A DNA stretch of 64,000 bases, from positions 32,001-96,000 of the forward strand of contig OY763927.2 in assembly GCA_963667665.2 (NCBI GenBank), given 5' to 3'. The stretch comes from Nitrosopumilus sp. (GTDB lineage: Archaea > Thermoproteota > Nitrososphaeria > Nitrososphaerales > Nitrosopumilaceae). A program made the translations under genes and the position numbers. The notes below the pieces were generated by a model, which made no database searches, had not been told where the DNA came from, and saw only the letters and a program-made list of their open reading frames with translations. Shown here piece after piece: positions 1-9,288 of this stretch (the stretch's first letter is position 1; every line of letters starts with the position of its first letter).

Positions 1-18
1 TAACATGAATTATTTTTT

Positions 19-441
19 ATGACTAAAGCAGAATATGAAAGTCTTCTTAAACGTATTCAGAAAAAACTAGGTGACTCAGAAAAAGAATCTTCAATCCGAT
101 TCGAACTTCCAGTTGTAGATGTAATGTGGGAAGGCCAAAAGACTTTCTTGCGTAATTTTTCAGAATTCCCAAAAATTCTACGAAGAGATCCGGACAAAGT
201 CCTTCAATACCTCTCAAAAGAGTTTGCTGTTCCTGCTGAGAGATTAGGTGATAAGGCAATGTTTGTTGGAAGACGAGCTCCTGATGACTTTACTAGATTA
301 TTCCAAATCTATGTGAAAGACTATCTTGAATGCCGTACATGCAAAAGTCCTGATACAAGAATTAGTAAAGAAAACCGTATTTCATTTTTAATCTGTGAAG
401 CATGTGGTGCAAAATCTGCTCTTAAAGGTAAATATGCATAA
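19..441 (+). CDS. eif2b: Translation initiation factor aIF-2 beta subunit
   Basis: 140 aa with C-terminal Zn ribbon CRTCKSPDT...CEACGA, typical of eIF2-beta/eIF5 family. Confidence 0.93.
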   Translation: MTKAEYESLLKRIQKKLGDSEKESSIRFELPVVDVMWEGQKTFLRNFSEFPKILRRDPDKVLQYLSKEFAVPAERLGDKAMFVGRRAPDDFTRLFQIYVKDYLECRTCKSPDTRISKENRISFLICEACGAKSALKGKYA

Positions 442-737
442 TGCAATTCTCAGTAAAAGTTTCCAATTATCAAAAAAATTCAACACTCAATATCTGTGAT
501 GTTGAACTATTAGGGAAAACAATTTCTAAAGATGAATTAAACATGAATATCAGTCAAAGCTATTATGGAGAAAAATTAGTTGATAAAGAAGAAGCAAAAT
601 CATTATTACAAAATTCTTCAATTATTAACATGGTGGGAAAAAATACTGTTTCTTTGTCTATAGAACTTGGAATTGGTTCTGAAAGTGGGATTAAAACAAT
701 TTCTGATGTTCCTTTTCTAATTGTCTTTAAAGTATAG
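441..737 (+). CDS. DUF424 family protein
   Basis: NICDVELLGK, SIINMVG motifs; conserved neighbour of aIF2-beta. Confidence 0.8.
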   Translation: MQFSVKVSNYQKNSTLNICDVELLGKTISKDELNMNISQSYYGEKLVDKEEAKSLLQNSSIINMVGKNTVSLSIELGIGSESGIKTISDVPFLIVFKV

Positions 738-805
738 CATGTGTTATGATTTAATTTTGGATTACAAAAGAAATTCATTTTATCTAGTAGGAGTAAAAAT
801 CTTTA

Positions 806-1597
806 ATGTCTGATGATATTGATGATGATATTAGTAGAAAATTAGAATTTAAAATCGATAACAAACTAGCATCAAAATCTAAACGGAAATATTTGGAAGA
901 TGGTTTTAAAAAAGGAAAAGTAATCAATGAAGTTTTAGACAAACCTACTGTTATGACTCTTTACAAAATGATCAAAGATCATATTATTGCATATGTTAAT
1001 GGTTCTATAAGTGCAGGAAAAGAATCAGTTGTTTTTTGGGCTGTTGATGAACATGATGTTAATGTTGCTTTGAAAATTTATTTAGTTTCTACTTCAAATT
1101 TTAAAAAACGTGAACCCTATATTCTTGGAGATCCTAGATTCTCGCGTTTAAAAAAAGGTACAAAAAATCTAGTGTATTTATGGGCAAGAAAGGAATTTCG
1201 TAATTTATCTCAGTGTTATAATGCAGGAATTCCTGTTCCAGAGCCACTATATGTTACAAATAATGTGCTTGCAATGGATTTTGTGGGTCAAAATGGTGCT
1301 CCTGAAAAGTCTTTACTATATTCAGAGGTAGATGAAGATGACTATAAACAAGCAATCTCAATTATCCAAGATCTGTATCATAAAGCAAAACTGGTTCATA
1401 GCGATTATTCCGAATACAATATTTTTAAAACAGAAAATGGTTTAGTAGTTTTTGATTTAGGTTCTGCAGTTGATCTTAGACATCCTAATGCTCTAGAATT
1501 CCTTAAAAGAGATATTTATAACATTAATAGATTCTTCAATAAAAGAGGAATTTCTGTTGAAGATTCAAAAATCTTATTTGAGGACATTATAAAATGA
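806..1597 (+). CDS. rio1: RIO1 family Ser/Thr kinase
   Basis: ISAGKESVV, ALKIY, WARKEFRNL, LVHSDYSEYN, FDLG motifs. Confidence 0.93.
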   Translation: MSDDIDDDISRKLEFKIDNKLASKSKRKYLEDGFKKGKVINEVLDKPTVMTLYKMIKDHIIAYVNGSISAGKESVVFWAVDEHDVNVALKIYLVSTSNFKKREPYILGDPRFSRLKKGTKNLVYLWARKEFRNLSQCYNAGIPVPEPLYVTNNVLAMDFVGQNGAPEKSLLYSEVDEDDYKQAISIIQDLYHKAKLVHSDYSEYNIFKTENGLVVFDLGSAVDLRHPNALEFLKRDIYNINRFFNKRGISVEDSKILFEDIIK

Positions 1598-2151
1598 GCT
1601 TTGAAAAAATAATTCGTATTCCAAATGATAGAATAGCTGTTTTGATTGGAAAATCAGGTAATGTAAAATCACAAATTGAAAAATTATGTCATGTCTCATT
1701 GGACATTGATGGTGATACAGGAGAAGTTTTGATTAAATCTCAAGGAGATGTTGAAAACTTTTCACCATTCAAAGCAATGGAAATTGTTACAGCAATTGGT
1801 AGAGGTTTTTCACCTGAAAATGCTTTGACTTTGTTAAAGGGTGAAAATGCATTGCATGTAATAGATCTTAGAGAGTTTGCAGGAAAGTCTAGTGCAAATG
1901 TTGAAAGGATAAAAGGGAGAATTATTGGAGAAGGTGGTAGAGCAAGGCGAAATATGGAAAATCTTAGTGGTACTCATATCTCAGTTTATGGAAGAACTGT
2001 TTCAATTATTGGAGATTCAAGTAAATTACGAATAGCTGTTGATGCAATATCTGCTATTTCAAGTGGAAGTTTGCATGGTTCAGTGTATGGTAAATTAGAA
2101 GCTGCAAATAGACAAGCAAAACAAGAAAAAATGAAATTGTGGGAAGATTAA
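1594..2151 (+). CDS. KH-domain rRNA-processing protein (Dim2/Pno1/Krr1 family)
   Basis: LIGKSG and RIIGEGG KH GxxG loops, AIGRGFSPE; follows rio1. Confidence 0.9.
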   Translation: MSFEKIIRIPNDRIAVLIGKSGNVKSQIEKLCHVSLDIDGDTGEVLIKSQGDVENFSPFKAMEIVTAIGRGFSPENALTLLKGENALHVIDLREFAGKSSANVERIKGRIIGEGGRARRNMENLSGTHISVYGRTVSIIGDSSKLRIAVDAISAISSGSLHGSVYGKLEAANRQAKQEKMKLWED

Positions 2152-2152
2152 G

Positions 2153-4027
2153 ATGTCTTCTATTAAAGAAAAATTTAATCAAATATCTCCTAGTGAGTTC
2201 TTTTATAGTAATCGTGATTTAGCTGGTTTTAGTAATCCTACACGCTCTCTTTATACTGCAGTCAGAGAATTTGTTGAAAATGCATTAGATGCATGTGATC
2301 AAAAAGGAATTCTTCCCGATGTTCATTTGACAATAAAAGCTGTTGATCCTGAAAAACCTGATCCTAAACCGTATATTTTGACTGTAAAGGATAATGGTCC
2401 TGGCGTAGATTCAAAATATATACCTCTTGCATTTGGAACTATACTTTATGGTTCCAAATTTGGACTCAAACAAGCTAGAGGTATGTTTGGACTTGGTGCA
2501 ACCATGGCAATTTTGTATGGTCAAATTACAACTAACAAACCAGTTATAGTAAAAAGTTCCACAGATGGAAAAATACAAGATGAGTTTGAACTATTATTGG
2601 ATATTCAAAAAAATAAACCTATAATTTTAAAACATAAAACAAAAGAAATTTCTAAACATGGACTTTCTGTAAGCATTTGTTTGGAAGGTGATTACTCTAA
2701 AGCTGGTACAAAAATTCGAGATTATGTCTATGAAACTTCTTTGATTACTCCTTATGCAACAATAACTTTTGATGATCCTAAAGGACAAAAATTTCATCAT
2801 CCAAGATTTGTAAAAAATATACCTCCACCTCCAACAATAATTAGACCTCATCCACATGGTATTGATGTTGAAAGAATTCGAAGAATGATTGTTGAGTCAC
2901 TATTTGAAATGCCAAACATTGATGATGCTATGATTGAAAAAGTGAGAAAAGATTTAGGATTATCAAAGAAAAATCTTAGTTTTACTGCAATAATGGAAAA
3001 AGCAAGGAAAAAAGGAAAAGCCCTTCCACGTCAAACTAGAGTAGTAATTGCTTTAATGTCATTTCTAAAAATGGATTTTGAAAAATTAAATAAAATTAGA
3101 ATTGAAGATATTGATGTACCTAACAAAAAATTGTTCTACTGGGATTTTGGTGATTCACAATCAAAATCAGTTGATATGGATTCTGAAAGCCAATATTACA
3201 ATCTTTTAAGTCATACAGTTCAAGGTGAACCCCTCACTACATTTTTGACAAAAAGATTCCAACGTGTAGGTCCTACAACTGCAATCAAATTTGCAAAATT
3301 TGCAAAATTCAAGCCTGAAAAACGAATGGGTACTATGACAAACCAAGAGTTGGTTAACCTTAGTAACTGTCTCCAAACATTTGAAGATTTTATGGCCCCC
3401 GATTCAAATTGTCTTGCACCACTAGGAGCAGATCCTCTAGAAAAAGGAATCAAGAAATTCTTTAATCCTGATTTTACTGCTGTAGTTCAACGTCCAGCAT
3501 CTGCATATTCTGGGTTTCCTTTCATAATTGAAATGGGTATTGCTTATGGTGGTGAAATTAAATCTGGTGGACCACATGTTTACAGATTCGCCAATAGAAT
3601 TCCATTGCTTTATGATGAAGGAAGTGATGTAGTTCTCAAAGTTGTAAATGATGCTGATTGGGGTAGATATAAAGTAAAAGGTGAACCTCCATTTGTTATA
3701 GTATCTCATATTTGTTCTACTAGAATTCCGTATAAAACGGCAGGAAAAGAAAATGTTGCTGACAGACCAGAAATTGAACGAGAGTTAAGATTGGCATTGC
3801 AATTATTATCAAGAAAATTGGCAGCATATATGTCAAAAAGAGGTCAAGCTGAAATGGCAAAAAAGAGATCTAATCTTTATGTAAAATATATTCCAATGAT
3901 TGCAGAGTTTTGTACTGAACTTGCTGGCAAGAAAAAACAACCAAATTACAAAAAAATATTAGAAGAAGCAAATCCAATTGAACCTAAAAAAATTGTAGAG
4001 GGGGAAAAACCAATTGAAAACAAGTAA
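2153..4027 (+). CDS. top6B: DNA topoisomerase VI subunit B
   Basis: GHKL motifs EFVENALDA, DNGPG, RGMFGLG; RFANRIPLL; YKTAGKE. Confidence 0.97.
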   Translation: MSSIKEKFNQISPSEFFYSNRDLAGFSNPTRSLYTAVREFVENALDACDQKGILPDVHLTIKAVDPEKPDPKPYILTVKDNGPGVDSKYIPLAFGTILYGSKFGLKQARGMFGLGATMAILYGQITTNKPVIVKSSTDGKIQDEFELLLDIQKNKPIILKHKTKEISKHGLSVSICLEGDYSKAGTKIRDYVYETSLITPYATITFDDPKGQKFHHPRFVKNIPPPPTIIRPHPHGIDVERIRRMIVESLFEMPNIDDAMIEKVRKDLGLSKKNLSFTAIMEKARKKGKALPRQTRVVIALMSFLKMDFEKLNKIRIEDIDVPNKKLFYWDFGDSQSKSVDMDSESQYYNLLSHTVQGEPLTTFLTKRFQRVGPTTAIKFAKFAKFKPEKRMGTMTNQELVNLSNCLQTFEDFMAPDSNCLAPLGADPLEKGIKKFFNPDFTAVVQRPASAYSGFPFIIEMGIAYGGEIKSGGPHVYRFANRIPLLYDEGSDVVLKVVNDADWGRYKVKGEPPFVIVSHICSTRIPYKTAGKENVADRPEIERELRLALQLLSRKLAAYMSKRGQAEMAKKRSNLYVKYIPMIAEFCTELAGKKKQPNYKKILEEANPIEPKKIVEGEKPIENK

Positions 4028-5120
4028 ATCAAAAGAACGAAGCAAGAAATCAAAAGAAAAACAAAAGAATATTCTTGAGATGCTTAAAAGTCATGGTGCA
4101 AAAATATATGATGACTTAGATAATGGGCAATTCCCAAAATTCTCTATACCTAGTAGATCTGTTAGTAACATAGTTTATGATAAAAAACTCAGACAATACA
4201 TTCTAGGAAACAATTCTGCTTTAAGAAGTGCAAAAAATTCCGCACAGTTGAGATCTTTTACACAATTGATGTGGCTTGCATTCTTTGCAAATAGATTGAC
4301 TCAAGAAAAAAAATCATCCACTTTAAGAGATGTATATTATTCCTCTCAAGCATTTGCTGTTGAATTTGAAGACCAATCAGAATCAGATAATATCATTGTG
4401 GATTTAGAAGCTGTTACATCAAAACCTCGAGAAGATTTTCACATATTTCCTGAAGAGCGAAGCTCAATCTTTGGTGATTTGAATATAGAGTATACAATTC
4501 CTGGATATGAAGGAAAAACAATGAATCTGTCTAATCATCCTGATGGTTACTCCATTGGCCCAAGTCTTACCACATGTGACTTGGTTGATACTAGTGCTGA
4601 AATTGTAATTGCAGTTGAAAAGGGTGGGCTTTTTACAAGATTTGTTGAAGAACAAATTGATAAAAAATTCAAATCTATAATCATCAATACTGGTGGACAG
4701 GCTCCTCGCTCAACTAGAACATTATTGAAAAGACTTCATGATGAAATGGGATTGCCTGTAATTATTCTTACAGATGGTGATGTGTATGGAGAACATATTG
4801 CAATGGTTATCAAATCTGGTTCTGCAAATGCTGCTCATCTAAGAGAACTAACAGTTCCTGATGCAAAATGGGTTGGAGTTTGGGCTACAGATATTGAAAA
4901 ATACAAACTACCAACAATTCCTATGACTGAATCTGACATTAAGAGATGTTATGATCTTCAAAAAGATCCAAGATATCAAGAAGGAATTTGGAAAAAAGAA
5001 CTAGATGTGTTTTTGAAACTTAAAAGAAAGGCAGAATTAGAGGCTTTCTCAAAATATGGTCTTACTAATATTACAGACAAATATCTACCACAAAAATTAG
5101 AGTTGGCAAAAAGTCTTTAG
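4014..5120 (+). CDS. top6A: DNA topoisomerase VI subunit A
   Basis: TLRDVYY catalytic Tyr, AVEK, TDGDVYG toprim, KAELEA. Confidence 0.97.
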   Translation: MKTSKSKERSKKSKEKQKNILEMLKSHGAKIYDDLDNGQFPKFSIPSRSVSNIVYDKKLRQYILGNNSALRSAKNSAQLRSFTQLMWLAFFANRLTQEKKSSTLRDVYYSSQAFAVEFEDQSESDNIIVDLEAVTSKPREDFHIFPEERSSIFGDLNIEYTIPGYEGKTMNLSNHPDGYSIGPSLTTCDLVDTSAEIVIAVEKGGLFTRFVEEQIDKKFKSIIINTGGQAPRSTRTLLKRLHDEMGLPVIILTDGDVYGEHIAMVIKSGSANAAHLRELTVPDAKWVGVWATDIEKYKLPTIPMTESDIKRCYDLQKDPRYQEGIWKKELDVFLKLKRKAELEAFSKYGLTNITDKYLPQKLELAKSL

Positions 5121-5579
5121 TTATTTTATTCTAAGTGTTAAGACACCATTTCTATATTTGAAATCAAATATCTGCATCTTATCTGCTCCTTCTATTGGAA
5201 CTTCTTTTGAAAAGCCTCCAGTTCCACGTATGTATAAAATTCCATCTACTAGTCTAACTGCAATTTTATCTTCAGGTCCTGACACTTCAGCTACAAACAC
5301 AAATTCTCCTTCACTTTTTATCAGATCATAAACCCAATTCTTTGTTTCTTGTTCCCTTATTTTGGAGTATAATGGCTTTTGGTCTTTTGTCATTTTCTTT
5401 AGAACTCTAACCCAGAAAAATATTGTTAGTGCGGATGCACCAATTAAGATAAAACTCACAAAACCTGAATCTGCCTTTTGTGTCATGATGTAGATTATTC
5501 CAAAAAATAGTATTACGATAATTGGTATTACAAAATTTAATGATTGTTCATTTGAATATGTTTTCTTATAACTTGACAA
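5121..5579 (-). CDS. Membrane-anchored Hsp20/alpha-crystallin-like protein
   Basis: Two hydrophobic segments, then FVAEVSG...YRNGVLTLRI. TTG start at 5579 preferred over 5654 because a TATA-like CTTTATAT (5611-5604) lies ~25 nt upstream. Confidence 0.7.
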   Translation of the reverse strand: MSSYKKTYSNEQSLNFVIPIIVILFFGIIYIMTQKADSGFVSFILIGASALTIFFWVRVLKKMTKDQKPLYSKIREQETKNWVYDLIKSEGEFVFVAEVSGPEDKIAVRLVDGILYIRGTGGFSKEVPIEGADKMQIFDFKYRNGVLTLRIK

Positions 5580-5607
5580 ACAATAAAAATCTGAGTTTAC
5601 CAAATAT

Positions 5608-5625
5608 AAAGTATCTTTGGTTTTT
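5608..5625 (+). repeat. Putative attL core (AAAGTATCTTTGGTTTTT)
   Basis: Identical to 12266-12283; both copies followed within 2-3 nt by ACCATT. Confidence 0.8.
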
Positions 5626-5668
5626 TGACCATTATGTCCTTTATTAGATTTCAATTATCTATTCATCA

Positions 5669-5905
5669 ATGATGCAGATACATCCAGATGAAATTACAAC
5701 TACAAAGAAAACTCCACTACAATTGTTCTATGAGGGCATAAGATCCGATGCCACAAAAAGAGACTTTGAGACTAAACTCAAGAAAGTAACTTGTGACTTC
5801 CTAGCATTGGTTCTAAAAGGCGATCCTGAAAAGGTCTCAAAGCAGAAAACTGAACCTAAACCACAAAAAAGGGACTATGAAGAGCACTTTTGGAGCCATT
5901 TTTAA
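5669..5905 (+). pseudogene. N-terminal fragment of a thaumarchaeal tyrosine integrase
   Basis: LQLFYEGIRSDATKRDFETKLK resembles the N-terminus of the 6803 integrase (LLRFESTIKSEITKNNYKRSL); only 78 aa, no catalytic residues; begins ~45 bp from attL. Confidence 0.6.
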
Positions 5906-5941
5906 TTGTTTTATTAATCATGAATGTAATAATATCATACG

Positions 5942-6283
5942 ATGAAAAACAGTTATTCAATTTTCTTGATACTCATTCTAGTTGCGGGTCTTGCATCATC
6001 ATCATTTGTTGAGCCAGCATTTGCAGCAAAAAACTCAATCTTCCATAGTATTTCTGATGCAATAAAATACCCTTTTCATTCCGCTGCAAAAGCAGTTGGA
6101 GGATGGGATGGACCTCCTCCAAAGTTTTCAGGACAGAGTGAACCACAAAAACAACGTATATCATTTTTCACATCAATTATGTGTCAAATTTTAGTTGGAG
6201 ATGCAGAAAAAATACTAGAAAAACAACCTCTTGGAACACCTGATGTATGTGATGATGAATTTATCAGAAATTTATTTGGATAG
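5942..6283 (+). CDS. Secreted hypothetical protein
   Basis: Signal peptide ending PAFA; two Cys; no recognisable family. Confidence 0.6.
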   Translation: MKNSYSIFLILILVAGLASSSFVEPAFAAKNSIFHSISDAIKYPFHSAAKAVGGWDGPPPKFSGQSEPQKQRISFFTSIMCQILVGDAEKILEKQPLGTPDVCDDEFIRNLFG

Positions 6284-6289
6284 ACTTGT

Positions 6290-6754
6290 ATGAATAGATA
6301 CGGAGTAATTGTAATTATAATTCTACCAATCATCTTAGGTGGTGTTGTTTACATGGGAATGAATGCTGAGAAATTTACTGGTGGATTTGGTGAACCAAGT
6401 TACATATCAAGTCAGTTTACACCACCGTCAAATGACTTACCTCCCTTTTCATTTCCAGAAATAAATTGGGAAACATCATCATTACCTTCAATGTCATTTG
6501 AAGCACTACCATCATTTTCAGTTGGTTCAAGTTATAATATTGATGTTGATAAAATACAAGCTCAAATAGAAAGAAAAATACTTAGTGCTCAGAGTCCGCA
6601 AGAGTTAGATGATATAATCAAGGAGGTTATTTTAGAACCGTTCAAAGATCCTAGAGCAAGTGCAGAATGTAAGCAAGTTCTCAAAGACACAGAGAGAGAA
6701 CAACAAAAGATGTCTGAATGGATTGCAGATGGAAACCACCCTTACTCTTATTAA
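6290..6754 (+). CDS. Membrane-anchored hypothetical protein
   Basis: N-terminal hydrophobic helix, Ser/Pro-rich linker, helical C-terminus. Confidence 0.6.
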   Translation: MNRYGVIVIIILPIILGGVVYMGMNAEKFTGGFGEPSYISSQFTPPSNDLPPFSFPEINWETSSLPSMSFEALPSFSVGSSYNIDVDKIQAQIERKILSAQSPQELDDIIKEVILEPFKDPRASAECKQVLKDTEREQQKMSEWIADGNHPYSY

Positions 6755-6802
6755 AATAGGTAACATAGACGTCTTTATTATTACTAGAAACTATAGTACT
6801 AC

Positions 6803-7855
6803 ATGAATTCTTTGTTACGTTTTGAGAGTACAATAAAATCAGAAATTACAAAAAACAATTACAAACGTAGTTTGGATCATTTCAAAAAATACATTGGGGT
6901 TCAAGACTATGACAGTATTCTCAGTATACCTAAAGACAAGATTCAAGATTCCATTGAAGAGTATATCATTCATCTAAAAAAGACAAAGAATTCTAATTCA
7001 ATTAGACCATTATTCTTTGGAGTCAAACATTTCTTTGTAATGAATAGAGTTTCACTTGATTGGGATATTGTATCAAAGATGTTTCCTGAGACAAGAAAGA
7101 GTGCAGGAGACAAAGCATGGACTACAAAACACATTCAAAAGATGTTAGAGAATACAAAAACAAAGAGGAATCGTGCATTAATTCACTTTTTGGCATCAAC
7201 TGGATGTAGAATTGGAGTGTTAGATCATGAGTTGGCAATGAAGAACTTGTTTGATGCAGAGTCAGGATGTAAGGGAGTTGTGTTTTATTTTGGATTCAAA
7301 GATGAATACTATTCTTTTCTAACTTCAGAAGCTGTTCAAGCATTAGAAGAATATCATAATCAAAGAAAGCAAGATGGGGAGATATTTGATGAAGACACCC
7401 CAATATTCAGATTAGACTATAGTTTAGGCTCTCAACCTGTCAAATCCCTAAGTTCAATGACTGCAAAAAAAATTACAGAGAGAATCATCAAAAATACAGG
7501 AATCAAGAGAAAGAAGAATGGGTTTGCTTCTGAGATTCAGATTAATCATGGATTTAGGAAGAGATTCAACACAATTCTCAAGATTGGAGGCGTAAATTAC
7601 AATATTGCTGAGAAACTAATGGGACATAGAAACGGTCTTGATGGAGTTTATTTCAAACCAACAAGAGGAGAATGTTTCAAAGAGTTTCACAAAGTCATTA
7701 CCGAGTTATCAATTGATGAGGCAGTAAGACTAGAAGAAGAAATCAAAAATAGGGATGCAAAGATTCAGGAACTAGAAACTGATCAAGACAGAAAAATTAT
7801 GAATTTAGAGTTTATTGTATCAGAATTATCAAAGAGATTAGAGTCTAAACTATAA
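6803..7855 (+). CDS. Tyrosine recombinase / integrase
   Basis: STGCRIG (R), HGFRKRF (HxxR), LMGH, GVYFKP (Y); C-terminal coiled coil. Confidence 0.93.
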   Translation: MNSLLRFESTIKSEITKNNYKRSLDHFKKYIGVQDYDSILSIPKDKIQDSIEEYIIHLKKTKNSNSIRPLFFGVKHFFVMNRVSLDWDIVSKMFPETRKSAGDKAWTTKHIQKMLENTKTKRNRALIHFLASTGCRIGVLDHELAMKNLFDAESGCKGVVFYFGFKDEYYSFLTSEAVQALEEYHNQRKQDGEIFDEDTPIFRLDYSLGSQPVKSLSSMTAKKITERIIKNTGIKRKKNGFASEIQINHGFRKRFNTILKIGGVNYNIAEKLMGHRNGLDGVYFKPTRGECFKEFHKVITELSIDEAVRLEEEIKNRDAKIQELETDQDRKIMNLEFIVSELSKRLESKL

Positions 7856-7906
7856 AGTTAGTCTTGTGAAGTGAAATCATATAGTGATGAATGATTTGTT
7901 TTTTGA

Positions 7907-8479
7907 ATGATTTATGGTCGTCAATTAATCCATAGAACAAAAAATCAAAAGTTTCTCAAACATGTTGTAGTTTCTCCTCCTCAATGGTTACAACACAAAC
8001 CAATTGAATTTCTTAGAAAGGAAGCAAGAAAGATGGCAAAACGTGCAGGGATTGAAGGAGGTTTAGATATTGTTCATCCATTTAGAAAGAAAGGTAAAGA
8101 ATGGTATCTATCTCCTCATTTTCATTATCTTGCATTTGGATGGGTTAGTTCTACTGATGAAATCTTTCAGAAAAATGGATGGCTTGTAAAGAATATTGGA
8201 ATACGTGAAAATCCTATTGGAACTATCATGTATTTACTCAGTCATGCAGGCGTGAAAAAGCGTAGACATACCATCACATGGTTTGGAGACTTGTCATATA
8301 GCAAATTGAAAATAGAAAAAATGGATTTTCATATCAAATGTCCAGATTGTGAGGGAGTTTTTCAGAGATTAATCAGATTTGTAGATTATAGAGTTGCAAA
8401 ACCACCTCCAATTAAGATGGATTTGGTTGAAGAACCTGATGGATGGAAGTATTGGTTAGATCATATTAGAGGATACTAA
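7907..8479 (+). CDS. HUH-superfamily rolling-circle replication initiator (possibly N-terminally truncated)
   Basis: Motif I KHVVVSPP, motif II SPHFHYL, motif III MYLLSH, then WFG and a CPDC knuckle. Confidence 0.75.
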   Translation: MIYGRQLIHRTKNQKFLKHVVVSPPQWLQHKPIEFLRKEARKMAKRAGIEGGLDIVHPFRKKGKEWYLSPHFHYLAFGWVSSTDEIFQKNGWLVKNIGIRENPIGTIMYLLSHAGVKKRRHTITWFGDLSYSKLKIEKMDFHIKCPDCEGVFQRLIRFVDYRVAKPPPIKMDLVEEPDGWKYWLDHIRGY

Positions 8480-8744
8480 GATGTGCTTTCTGCATTCTTT
8501 TGTTTACTCTGTTTAGTGTTCTGTTTGCTATCTCATCACTATATTTTGCTCTCAATACCTTCATCACACTCTTTCTTACCCTGCCAAATCTTAATTTGTC
8601 ATTGATTATTGTTTCTTCACAGTCTAATTCTGCTAAACTTTGCCTAAATTTTGTTGAATAGTTTTCTAATTCTCCATTATCTTCTTGAATTGTACCATTG
8701 TTATGCCATAATTTTCTCATGTAGGTATAGGAACAAATTAGCAT
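8466..8744 (-). CDS. Small basic hypothetical protein
   Basis: 92-aa ORF with protein-like composition; start may be 8720. Confidence 0.5.
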   Translation of the reverse strand: MLICSYTYMRKLWHNNGTIQEDNGELENYSTKFRQSLAELDCEETIINDKLRFGRVRKSVMKVLRAKYSDEIANRTLNRVNKRMQKAHLSIL

Positions 8745-8791
8745 AAAAATACTATTAAAATTCTTAATTCATAGTTAAGTGTTAATATTTT

Positions 8792-9262
8792 ATGGGTTTT
8801 TTTGATAGTCTAAGAAAAAGTAGAAGACAAGTAAACCGAGAGAACCAAGAACAAGGCAGAGCAGGAGAGAGAAAAATCAAAGAAGAATGGGAATTCTCAG
8901 GGTATAAGGTAACACGAACTGGAAAAGGACATGATCTTAAAGCAGAAAAAAGAGATTTGTTTACTGGAGAAAAAGAAACAAAATACATTGAAGTAAAAAC
9001 TGGAAATTCAAAACTATCTAAACTACAAAAGAAAAAACGAGGTAGACTAGGTAAAAAATATGTGGTAGAACGTCTTGAACCTACACCATTTGGATTACAA
9101 AGTAATAATCGAGAATCTGATTTGAGTTCTAAAAGAAAGAAAAAATCACCTAGTGATAGTATTTTTGGGGATAGTAGTTCAATGGATTCTCTCTTTGGTA
9201 GAGGTTCATCTGGTGGAAAAAAATCTAAAAGAAAGAAATCTGATGATTGGAGTATTTGGTAA
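8792..9262 (+). CDS. PD-(D/E)XK nuclease (DUF3883/Hjc-like)
   Basis: GRAGE...GYKV...GHDL...YIEVKT...SKLQ pattern; low-complexity K/S tail. Confidence 0.75.
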   Translation: MGFFDSLRKSRRQVNRENQEQGRAGERKIKEEWEFSGYKVTRTGKGHDLKAEKRDLFTGEKETKYIEVKTGNSKLSKLQKKKRGRLGKKYVVERLEPTPFGLQSNNRESDLSSKRKKKSPSDSIFGDSSSMDSLFGRGSSGGKKSKRKKSDDWSIW

Positions 9263-9288
9263 AATGAAACCTGTAATAATTATCGCAA
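9261..9288 (+). repeat. 28-bp direct repeat copy 1 (AAAATGAAACCTGTAATAATTATCGCAA)
   Basis: Identical to 10472-10499; contains ATG and encodes MKPVIIIA. Confidence 0.9.

Noticed and set aside
5580-5654. N-terminal extension of the Hsp20-like ORF
   Set aside because: Runs across attL into island DNA; TATA spacing favours 5579
9153-9263. N-terminal extension of the cupredoxin ORF from 9153
   Set aside because: Overlaps the nuclease gene; the signal peptide begins at ATG 9264
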